Positions 28,045 to 35,517 of a DNA stretch of 55,256 nt are shown piece after piece; within the stretch, counting starts at the first letter, position 1; the number at the start of each line of letters is the position of its first letter. A program made the position numbers and the translations under genes. This stretch comes from a virus, in the IMG/VR virus record IMGVR_UViG_3300045988_123498; one strand, 5' to 3'. Under the pieces are notes generated by a model. It saw only the letters and a list, made by a program, of their open reading frames with translations, had not been told where the DNA came from and did no database searches.

Positions 28045-28443
28045 TTATATCTTAACTAAAAACCTTTCATCGTCAAAAGTTGCAGGGATTCCATTCGCAA
28101 CGGCAAGCGCAACGTCAACGCCGTTGGTGTAATGATAGCCCTTAACAACACGGATTCCCGCAAACCACTCAAAAGGTTTTGCAACAGTCCCGACAGCATC
28201 GGGGTCGGGAACAAGCTCCCACGCAAACCCCGCAATGCCTCTGTATGTCAGCTTCCACTTAAAACCGATTTTTGGCGGTACGGTCGGAGTGTCCGCTGTT
28301 GGGATAGATTCGATATAAACACGCATTTTATCTTCAAGACCCGCTGTCGGTATTTGCTGTTGTGTCGTAATTGTCGCTTCCTGATATGCCGTTACCTCAT
28401 CGGGGGTCATATCGATTATTTGTCCGTTAACACAGTTTTTCAT
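28045..28443 (-). CDS. Hypothetical protein in a GC-rich island (possible fibre accessory/chaperone)
   Basis: Its start ATG 28443 overlaps the fibre stop (ATGA). Local GC is ~50-55 percent against ~33-37 percent for the genome. Confidence 0.7.
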   Translation of the reverse strand: MKNCVNGQIIDMTPDEVTAYQEATITTQQQIPTAGLEDKMRVYIESIPTADTPTVPPKIGFKWKLTYRGIAGFAWELVPDPDAVGTVAKPFEWFAGIRVVKGYHYTNGVDVALAVANGIPATFDDERFLVKI

Positions 28444-29594
28444 GCTTTCACCCCATAAACAACCATTTGTGCACCAGCTTTTATTTCTCCTGCGGAATGT
28501 GTCCAACAAAGACTTTTTACACCTTGTGCGATGGAGCCTTCCCCGATGCTGGAATAAAAGTCATTTACGTAATTATCGAAAAGGTTGTCTCCCCATCCGG
28601 CATGTAAGCATTGAGGTTTCCAATCTCTGGCAATGGAGCATCGTCCACGATACCAGTTATCAGAGCTGTCATGTGAAGGATATGGAGATGAGCTAAATTC
28701 ACCAACAATCGTATATTGCCCCGCATTAGCATATGGTGCGTTAAATATATACGCGATATCTCTGCCTGCCGGAGCGGTTTTCGTATTCGGATATATCCAC
28801 ACCTGACATGCGGCAGTGGATTCCCCCGCAAAAATCGCACGGATTTTTTTGTAATAACCACCAAAAGGTTGATAGATGAATGATACATTTTCGGTTGTCG
28901 TAACTTCACACACCTTTTCCCACACCTCTGTGTCCCCTGCCGCCATGTTCACGGCTTCCCATGCAGTCGGTTTTCCGTTAGCGTCTACGGCTTTAACCTT
29001 GATTGTTTGTCCAACAGTCGCTGTCACGCCGAGAGAGATGTCGGTGCCACTTGGAATATCAATGACCTGCAAAGCATTGTACACAGCTTTTGAAGTCGGT
29101 ACACTTTCATTTGTTGATTCTGCGTTTACCTCAGTGGTTAAACTTACGCTATTTATTTTCAACAAAATCGATTCTAAAATATCACTATACTCTTCTTCAA
29201 TATGCGAGTTAGTTTCGAGTCCTCTCTTTATCGAAGCCTTAGCAACTGTCGTGTTCCATTCTTTTTCTATTACACCGTTCTCGTTTACCTGTCTAGCACA
29301 AAATATAAATAGACAGATGCCTCTGCCAGCAGTTACTTTACTTTTCAATGCCCAAGTAAATGTTATGTTATCGCCATCCACTAAAATATCGTCTATCAAA
29401 TACGAATCTCGGAAACCTTTAGCATTCATATAGTTAATTCTGCATGTGCATTTTGTTAAATCGAGATTATCGCCAACTATTTTAGGGCACGAGAATTCTA
29501 TTCGTTGTGTATTTTTGTCAAATTCAACACCAAAACATTCAGAATTATCTAAAAATATAATTTCTCTGGTATTTGAATCAATAGAACATTTCAT
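28440..29594 (-). CDS. Receptor-binding / tail fibre protein, BppU_N-like N-terminus with a GC-rich C-terminal domain
   Basis: The N-terminal ~165 aa are AT-rich and resemble baseplate-upper-protein anchor domains. The rest is compositionally foreign. The likely start is ATG 29594 (after TGAGGT), with ATG 29606 as an alternative. Confidence 0.7.
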   Translation of the reverse strand: MKCSIDSNTREIIFLDNSECFGVEFDKNTQRIEFSCPKIVGDNLDLTKCTCRINYMNAKGFRDSYLIDDILVDGDNITFTWALKSKVTAGRGICLFIFCARQVNENGVIEKEWNTTVAKASIKRGLETNSHIEEEYSDILESILLKINSVSLTTEVNAESTNESVPTSKAVYNALQVIDIPSGTDISLGVTATVGQTIKVKAVDANGKPTAWEAVNMAAGDTEVWEKVCEVTTTENVSFIYQPFGGYYKKIRAIFAGESTAACQVWIYPNTKTAPAGRDIAYIFNAPYANAGQYTIVGEFSSSPYPSHDSSDNWYRGRCSIARDWKPQCLHAGWGDNLFDNYVNDFYSSIGEGSIAQGVKSLCWTHSAGEIKAGAQMVVYGVKA

Positions 29595-29606
29595 TTTTAA
29601 CCTCAT

Positions 29607-30230
29607 TTACATATTTCTTATAATATTTTACAACTACAGACAAGAATTTATACAAGGAGGAAGACTTTTATTATGCATTGGAGGAAGATACATAAGGTTT
29701 TTCTTGTCTGTATGTGTAAAATATCATAGAAACATGGTACTTTTTATACACTTTTTCAGTATTTTTTTAGAAAAATATCCCTCCGGAGATTTTTCTAGGA
29801 GCCGCCCGATGCAAGGAGGGGGGGTTGTTTTTCAGACCCCCCCGGGGTGCTACAAACGACGCTGCGGTGGGGTAAAGCTGCTTTTCAGTAGAAGAAAAAG
29901 TGTTTGAAAAAGAAAATAATGTATACGAACCGTTCTACCCCCGACGTTCGTCAACGAAACACTTTTGTTTGCGTAACACAGCGGTGTACCTATAAGATTA
30001 AGCTTTCTTCATACTAAATAAAATATTTTACCCCGTAACGGTATGCAGCGTCACAAAGAAATTGGCATTTAATTTTTTTAATTTTTTTAAAATTTTTTAA
30101 TTGTTTAAACGTTTTTCTTTTTAATTAATTCAAACAACAAACAATTCTTTTTGTTTTAATTAGATAAAACTATTTGTTAATTTGTTTTAGTTAATCATTA
30201 AACGTTTAGAAAACTATGGAATAAAAGACA
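29607..30230. other. Largest non-coding region (624 bp): putative late-operon control region, ori or pac candidate
   Basis: No credible ORF. It contains an 11-bp IR (29636..29646 / 29701..29711), a 30-nt AT hairpin (29768..29797), a G7/C7 hairpin (29818..29843), a GC-rich stretch to ~30050 and an A/T-tract block (30060..30230). Confidence 0.6.
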
Positions 30231-30518
30231 CTAGACTAAAGAACCGTTTTCATCAAATAGAATCTCTGGAAATTCTTTCTGAACTTTCACATAAAAGTTA
30301 AAAGGGTCAGCATTTATTATTTGGTCGATGACCGATTCATTTATTCTTTCTGCTATAAAGTCTGGTAAACCAGATAGATTAGCATTATTCATATCTAATA
30401 CCCTAGATACATACCCACATGTATTATAGTGATGGAGGTTATCGTATTGTAACCACTCATCGAAGTTATCGAATGGGTTCCATGGGTTATCGATAGTTGA
30501 TAACCGAGAGTATACCAT
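30231..30518 (-). CDS. Hypothetical 95-aa protein
   Basis: ORF coupled to the upstream 970-aa gene. It carries the motif DNPWNPFDNFDEW. Confidence 0.75.
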   Translation of the reverse strand: MVYSRLSTIDNPWNPFDNFDEWLQYDNLHHYNTCGYVSRVLDMNNANLSGLPDFIAERINESVIDQIINADPFNFYVKVQKEFPEILFDENGSLV

Positions 30519-30520
30519 AT

Positions 30521-33433
30521 TTAACCCCCCTTTATTATATTTGATACGGTAGATGTTGATATTCCAAAGCGTTTAGCAATTTCCTTTAGTGTATAATTGC
30601 TATTCGCCATGGCTCGGATGGCTGATTTACGGGCATCAGTGAGACCGTCATCGCCCTTGGGTCTAAGTTTTTCCCTTAGTACGTCAGGGTCAGAATTGTC
30701 TAATATTTTCTTGAGGTCGTTTTCCGATATAGCCCTATTTTTAATAGCTTCCCATTCCGGGTCTGATATTTTTATATTTCTATCGCTACGTTTTATAGAC
30801 CCTACAAGACCCCTATATTTAACCATAGTATTCTGGGAGAGCTTTTTAAGGTCTTTCGTAGGCATGTCGTTACCACCGTGCTTTTCCTTATACGCGGTAC
30901 GTATTCCTTCTATTTCTGAAGTGGCTAGACGGATAGCTGCACGCTCTCTAGGTCTATTCAGGAGTGCTGAATCCAATTTTCTCTTAAGAGATTGTACCTC
31001 CTCCGCATATTTAGATGTAGCTACGGGGTCTCTTTTTGCTTTCTCTGAGAATACGGCATTTAGACGTGCCTGATTTGCTAGTGATTTTAGAGTAGACGCA
31101 TAATCAGCGTATAGATTCTCCATTACAGTGTTAGATGTAGAGATTAAAGTCCTCGGGTCATCAGTAGCAGCCATTTTAGTAATTTTTGTTTTCTTCTCGA
31201 CCTTTTTAACCGAGATTAATTCACCAGTTTTAGGGTCGTACTTTTTAAATGTTGCAATTTGGTCAGGGTCTTCCTGCCATATTAGAGAACCTTCAGGTCT
31301 TGATGGGTCGTACCAAGGTTTTCCTTTAACATTAACTTTAGGGGAACCTTTTCTACGAGGAACATACTCGACGCTTTTAGCTCTTGTTAACAAAGTAGAA
31401 GCACCGCCTGTTTTTCCGTTATCTTTAATCTGATACTTATCTTTTAAATCTTGTATATTATACTCGTAATAAGCAGCTTTGTAGTCCAACCCGTGTTTTT
31501 CTGCATCAATAACTACCATAGAGTATTTAACAGCACGTTCCAGCTCATCATCAGATGCTCCGAGAATCGTCATGTCACTAATTAGATTAGTTGCTACACC
31601 CATTTGCTTTTGGGTATCAAGCATACCTTTAAACTTTACTCCATTACGCTCATAAATCTTGGTGTCTCCGACTGTTTTAACCAAATTACCTTGGAATTTG
31701 TCTTTAGGGTCGAATCCCTTTAAACCAGCTAACGGTGCAGTCGATAAGATGTTAATCTTTCCTTTAGGGTCGTTTGTCGGAATACACATTACAGTATCTC
31801 CGTCAAAGTCTGCACCTGACAATCGAGCTGCAACTTCTGATGTTATACCAACAGCATCGATAGATGAAGGTCCAATAACTTTTTCGCCTTCTTTATTACG
31901 GTTATTAACTGTTAGTATAGGTATTTCAAATGTTCCGCCGTGAGGATACCTTACCAAAGCTAATTTAGTTCCGTTTTCATACCTAGGTGCATAAATTTCG
32001 TTGTTCCTAAGTGAATTTATAGGAAGGATTACGTTATAGTGTTGGTCAGGAAACGCTGCCGCTTGAAGTGTTTCAGATTGCTTATCACACGATTCTGCAA
32101 ATTTATTTAAATAATATCGTTTTACTTCTGGTACATCATACGACATTATCTCAGCCAATTCATCTTTTTTATCAGCTATAGCTAAATCTATTTGTTTTTT
32201 AGCTAAATATTTTGGTTGTTTAGATAAAAACTGGCTAGGAACGGCTTTTTTCCATTCGTCCCAATCACCTTCTTCTCTAGTTTTATTAATAGGAGAAAGT
32301 TTCTTTTTACCGTCAGAATCTATGTATTCATACTGACCGTCAGCTTTAATCAAAGCTCCGAATGGATTGTTAGGGTCATCTTCTTTTATACTTTTCAATA
32401 CTTCATCAAACGATTTATTTGATGACTTATTGGTGTTAAATATTACATCAACACCGTCAGGCATATCTTTACCATCAGAATAAACCGCCATACCCTTAAG
32501 GTATTTATCTTTGCCAACAAGAATACGAACCTGCGAATACAATGAATTACCCAGAGATAAATCTTTGACCCCTCTTCGTATTTCTATTAAACCATCTTTT
32601 TGAATACCTTTAAATCCATCAGGACCAACATCGTCAGCGTATCGAATCATAACCCTCTTTCTATCAAGAGAAGCAGGATATTGGGTTTTTCTAAAAGTTT
32701 GACCACCGTCGTCAGATGTATATTCCATTAACGAGTTAACTTTTCCCCAGTCATCAAATATTTCTCGATGTTCAGTGCCCGGCGGACATGCAACTTTCAT
32801 CGTAGTAAATTTTTTTCTATTAGTAGGTTGCTCTACTCGTCCACCATAGATTTCATACCCTTTTGATTTAAGTATAGTCAAAGCTTGATTCATTTTTTCC
32901 TGACTTATTCCAAGCTCTCGACATACGTCTGTACCGACGTCAACCATACCAATTTCATCGATTCGATTCTTTATGAATTCAGCTGCATTTTTAGCCTGCA
33001 GCATCCTTCGTTTAGAATCAGCGTCGAACAGAGATTTAACTGTCGATAACGGTATTCCAGTCTTTCTTGAAATTTCAGAATCGTTAAGACCATCTTTTCT
33101 TAAAGACTCAACTCTATAGACATCGTAAAGACGTTTCTCGTCCTTAGCTATACCTATCTGACTCCTTAATTCAGTAGATTTAATACCAAGAACCTTTGCT
33201 ATAGCATTATCGCCAGTATACAGCTCTCCGTCTTCGTCCGTGTATGTATATTTTTCTTTTCTAGCCTGTTTAATAAAGTCTAGAAAGTCTCCTGGATGTT
33301 TATACCAACTTTCATGTTGAAAAGGATTTTCACCAGACCCCCAAGGATAACGTCCGGAACGTCGAGGCATACCTATATGTTCTATGTGACTTTCATTTTC
33401 ATAAATATCATTGAAATCATATGATATGTTCAT
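30521..33433 (-). CDS. Candidate single-polypeptide two-barrel RNA polymerase (YonO / crAss gp66-like) with HTH domains
   Basis: aa ~306-336, GKDKYLKGMAVYSDGKDMPDGVDVIFNTNK, is beta-like. aa ~494-552, VRYPHGG...AVGITSEVAARLSGADFDGDTVMCIP, is beta-prime-like. DFDGD is encoded at 31796..31810. Several HTH-like segments are present, including the C-terminal LKEIAKRFGISTSTVSNII. Confidence 0.55.
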   Translation of the reverse strand: MNISYDFNDIYENESHIEHIGMPRRSGRYPWGSGENPFQHESWYKHPGDFLDFIKQARKEKYTYTDEDGELYTGDNAIAKVLGIKSTELRSQIGIAKDEKRLYDVYRVESLRKDGLNDSEISRKTGIPLSTVKSLFDADSKRRMLQAKNAAEFIKNRIDEIGMVDVGTDVCRELGISQEKMNQALTILKSKGYEIYGGRVEQPTNRKKFTTMKVACPPGTEHREIFDDWGKVNSLMEYTSDDGGQTFRKTQYPASLDRKRVMIRYADDVGPDGFKGIQKDGLIEIRRGVKDLSLGNSLYSQVRILVGKDKYLKGMAVYSDGKDMPDGVDVIFNTNKSSNKSFDEVLKSIKEDDPNNPFGALIKADGQYEYIDSDGKKKLSPINKTREEGDWDEWKKAVPSQFLSKQPKYLAKKQIDLAIADKKDELAEIMSYDVPEVKRYYLNKFAESCDKQSETLQAAAFPDQHYNVILPINSLRNNEIYAPRYENGTKLALVRYPHGGTFEIPILTVNNRNKEGEKVIGPSSIDAVGITSEVAARLSGADFDGDTVMCIPTNDPKGKINILSTAPLAGLKGFDPKDKFQGNLVKTVGDTKIYERNGVKFKGMLDTQKQMGVATNLISDMTILGASDDELERAVKYSMVVIDAEKHGLDYKAAYYEYNIQDLKDKYQIKDNGKTGGASTLLTRAKSVEYVPRRKGSPKVNVKGKPWYDPSRPEGSLIWQEDPDQIATFKKYDPKTGELISVKKVEKKTKITKMAATDDPRTLISTSNTVMENLYADYASTLKSLANQARLNAVFSEKAKRDPVATSKYAEEVQSLKRKLDSALLNRPRERAAIRLATSEIEGIRTAYKEKHGGNDMPTKDLKKLSQNTMVKYRGLVGSIKRSDRNIKISDPEWEAIKNRAISENDLKKILDNSDPDVLREKLRPKGDDGLTDARKSAIRAMANSNYTLKEIAKRFGISTSTVSNIIKGG

Positions 33434-33435
33434 AA

Positions 33436-33996
33436 TTACATAAACTCCTCGTCATTTTTACGTAAGATATCGTTTAAATGAATTATCTTATCCATAATAG
33501 CCTTAATCTCGGCAGGATTAGGAATATCAATAATTACATTGTCTGCCTGATATATTCTAAGTTCCATTTTTATTAAAAACGGGTCTTGTCCGTACTCTAA
33601 ACAAAATAGAGCAGCATATATTCTAAGCTGGTCTATTTTGGCAGGAGTATCACCAGTTTTCAAATCGTGAATACGAAGGACATTTTTATAGAAACTAATT
33701 GCGTCAGCTGTTCCATAAAAATACGGACTAAAATATAACAGTACTTCTGGGTCCATTCTATAGTCGATTGCATCGTTTATGTACTTGTATATGATGTTAT
33801 TCTTCCTATTGGCCTGACGAAGTTTTAATTCAATGGTTTCCTTGGCCCATGCATGTAATCGCGTTCCAAGTTCAACTTTTTTTAAATTGTTATAAACTTC
33901 TAGGGCTTTATCATCCGAATAATTTAACCACGAATATTTTGACGGTGAAAACAAACAGTGGCTTGATTCAAGATTTAAATGCTTGTTCCAAATCAT
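33436..33996 (-). CDS. PD-(D/E)xK-type nuclease candidate (exonuclease/Cas4-like)
   Basis: 186 aa with GTADAISF...LRIHDLKTG, fitting the D...(D/E).K motif. RBS is GAGGAG. Confidence 0.5.
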   Translation of the reverse strand: MIWNKHLNLESSHCLFSPSKYSWLNYSDDKALEVYNNLKKVELGTRLHAWAKETIELKLRQANRKNNIIYKYINDAIDYRMDPEVLLYFSPYFYGTADAISFYKNVLRIHDLKTGDTPAKIDQLRIYAALFCLEYGQDPFLIKMELRIYQADNVIIDIPNPAEIKAIMDKIIHLNDILRKNDEEFM

Positions 33997-34258
33997 TTAG
34001 TATCTCCTCTTTATTGTTAGGGTTTATAAATGCAGCGTAACTCATATCGTTCATCTTTTTAACATAATATTCTTGATTAGGTTGTTTGTGAGATAGCTCA
34101 TTTTTCTTACATTCTAGAGCGAACCAAATATCATTGTACAAAACTAATAAATCCGGAATGCCCTGAATATAAGAGGCGTCGTTTTTTAAAACAATACACC
34201 CCTCGAATCGTTTCTTTAGTTCGGATATTAATTGGTTTTGAAATGCTGATTCTTTCAT
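33968..34258 (-). CDS. VRR-NUC / Hjc-like PD-(D/E)xK nuclease
   Basis: Start at ATG 34258 (MKESAFQNQL...). Motif GIPDLLVL...WFALECK. The track N-terminal extension runs through the tRNA. Confidence 0.65.
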   Translation of the reverse strand: MKESAFQNQLISELKKRFEGCIVLKNDASYIQGIPDLLVLYNDIWFALECKKNELSHKQPNQEYYVKKMNDMSYAAFINPNNKEEILNDLEQAFKS

Positions 34259-34285
34259 AAAATCTCCATAACTAAAAAATATAAA

Positions 34286-34371
34286 TGGTACTCGTGGTGG
34301 GACTTGAACCCACATGAATAAAATTCGACGGATTTTAAGTCCGTTGCGTATGCCAATTCCGCCACACGAGC
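34286..34371 (-). tRNA. tRNA-Leu(UAA): tRNA-Leu (anticodon UAA), type II with long variable arm, CCA encoded
   Basis: GCTCGTG-TG-GCG-GAATTGGCATA-CGC-A-ACGGA-CTTAAAA-TCCGT-CGAATTTTATTCAT-GTGGG-TTCAAGT-CCCAC-CACGAGT-ACCA. All four stems pair and the T-loop is TTCAAGT. Confidence 0.93.
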
Positions 34372-34404
34372 AAAAAATATAAAGGAATGCTTCTAAAGTC
34401 ATTC
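34372..34404 (-). terminator. Hairpin + U-tract immediately 5' of the tRNA
   Basis: Minus strand reads GGAATG-actttagaag-CATTCC TTTATATTTTTT, then the tRNA 5' end. Confidence 0.45.
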
Positions 34405-34468
34405 CTCATCTATTCCTATCATAAAAGGACTTGTTTTTCTCGTCACCCCCTTAACCGAAAAACTTCTC

Positions 34469-34560
34469 GTGGCCAAAAACCCACTTTTTTTCGATAAAAC
34501 TTTTTTATTAATAATATTAATAATAATAATCATAAAGAAAAAAAGTGGGTTTTTGGCCAC
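34469..34560. repeat. Perfect 23-bp inverted repeat around a 46-nt pure A/T spacer
   Basis: The arm gtggccaaaaacccacttttttt (34469..34491) is the exact reverse complement of aaaaaaagtgggtttttggccac (34538..34560). Confidence 0.85.
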
Positions 34561-34564
34561 AGAA

Positions 34565-34660
34565 GCATTTTTACCCCCAAATAATATATTATTTTGCCCA
34601 AAAACACCCATTTTTGGCCTATTTTTGGCATTTTTACCCCCAAATAATATATTATTTGCC
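34565..34660. repeat. Direct repeat x2 of ~33 nt
   Basis: gcatttttacccccaaataatatattatt(t)tgcc occurs at 34565..34598 and 34628..34660. Confidence 0.85.
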
Positions 34661-34670
34661 TATTTTTCGT

Positions 34671-34823
34671 GCCCACTTTTTTTTCCAAAAGTGGGCAGAA
34701 AATGGCAAAAGTGGGCAGAAAACCCAATAATTTTGAAATATAAATATTACATTTTATGAGTATTTACCACTTTTGCCCACTTTTGCCCACTTTTATGCCC
34801 ATTTTTTTCACAAAAAGTGGGCA
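34671..34823. repeat. Iteron cluster AAAAGTGGGCA(G/A), at least 7 copies in both orientations
   Basis: gtgggca at 34691, 34711 and 34817. tgcccac at 34671, 34774 and 34784. Variant atgccca at 34795. The IR arms carry the related AAAGTGGGTT. Confidence 0.8.
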
Positions 34824-34841
34824 GAGATTTTTGCTAATTTA

Positions 34842-35189
34842 TCATCGTCTACACCAAGTATCGTCATGTTTATTGAAGTAATCTTCAAGCCACATGATAC
34901 TAGATTCCACGACATCTGCTGGGTTATACTTACTACCTTCACTACTCTTTGGCATTACGTCATACAAAATTTTCAGATACTTAATTACAGTATTTTGATG
35001 ATAAACAAGCCTGTCTTCAGGAAGTCTACCGGTCATAGCTATTTTCAAATAATTAGCTGCTTCCCTGAGTAAATCTGTATAAGCGATAAAGTTATCTGGA
35101 ATATCATCAGGTTTAAAATTATCTATCATATGTTCACTGACGAATTTAATAAAAACGTAGCATTCTTCGATGCTAATTCTCTTCTTCAT
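34842..35189 (-). CDS. Hypothetical 115-aa protein
   Basis: Track ORF. Its ATG lies inside the end of the 43-aa ORF upstream. Confidence 0.75.
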   Translation of the reverse strand: MKKRISIEECYVFIKFVSEHMIDNFKPDDIPDNFIAYTDLLREAANYLKIAMTGRLPEDRLVYHQNTVIKYLKILYDVMPKSSEGSKYNPADVVESSIMWLEDYFNKHDDTWCRR

Positions 35190-35304
35190 TTTTCTCTAAC
35201 TCCTCATAACATTCTTTGGGTGTATCTCCAGAACAAAAAAACCTATCGTTTACATATAATTCATAATGTCCGTTTACTAGAATGAGTTTTGTGTTATACT
35301 TCAT
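35173..35304 (-). CDS. Hypothetical 43-aa protein
   Basis: Hand translation gives MKYNTKLILVNGHYELYVNDRFFCSGDTPKECYEELEKNEEEN. It overlaps both neighbours, which suggests coupling. Below the track cut-off. Confidence 0.4.
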   Translation of the reverse strand: MKYNTKLILVNGHYELYVNDRFFCSGDTPKECYEELEKNEEEN

Positions 35305-35501
35305 ACGTTTATTTCGAAAATAACCTCCCAATTCCATGCATACGGATACACACGTTTTATCACATTATTAAGTTTGTCTTCATGCATCATTATTACCTGA
35401 TGCTTAGATAATATCATATTATGGTTATCGTTTACATTATTTATGATTACAAAACCACATTCATCATCTGAAAATAAGTTTAAAAAATCATTTAAGGTCA
35501 C
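35301..35501 (-). CDS. Hypothetical 66-aa protein
   Basis: After the RNR stop (TAG 35518..35520) come AAAGGAGGG, then 7 nt, then GTG at 35501. The track's longer ORF (to 35609) overlaps the RNR 3' end out of frame. Confidence 0.55.
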   Translation of the reverse strand: MTLNDFLNLFSDDECGFVIINNVNDNHNMILSKHQVIMMHEDKLNNVIKRVYPYAWNWEVIFEINV

Positions 35502-35517
35502 AATACGACCCTCCTTT

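Noticed and set aside
28440-29100. The GC-rich fibre C-terminus could be a diversity-generating retroelement target, with the GC-rich intergenic stretch at 29780..30050 as the template repeat.
   Set aside because: No reverse transcriptase gene is present. I found no similarity between the fibre 3' end and the intergenic GC-rich segment, and no adenine-specific mismatch pattern.
29673-29729. A plus-strand 18-codon ORF (MHWRKIHKVFLVCMCKIS) is preceded by GGAGGAAGA.
   Set aside because: It would be the only plus-strand gene in the genome, and the SD-ATG spacing (~12 nt) is long. The GGAGGAAGA motif occurs twice inside an inverted repeat, which fits a structural or regulatory element better.
33968-34402. 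The 144-aa version of the nuclease ORF extends upstream to 34402.
   Set aside because: The extension reads straight through the tRNA-Leu gene (34286..34371). The internal ATG at 34258 has its own GGAGA site and begins the recognisable PD-(D/E)xK domain.
34399-35072. Track ORFs on both strands cover the iteron region (34399..34611, 34469..34759, 34530..34727, 34545..34730 and 34773..35072).
   Set aside because: Their translations are repeats of the DNA motifs (for example GFWPQKHFYPQIIYY). They overlap each other on both strands and have no RBS. The region is better explained as repeated DNA-binding sites.
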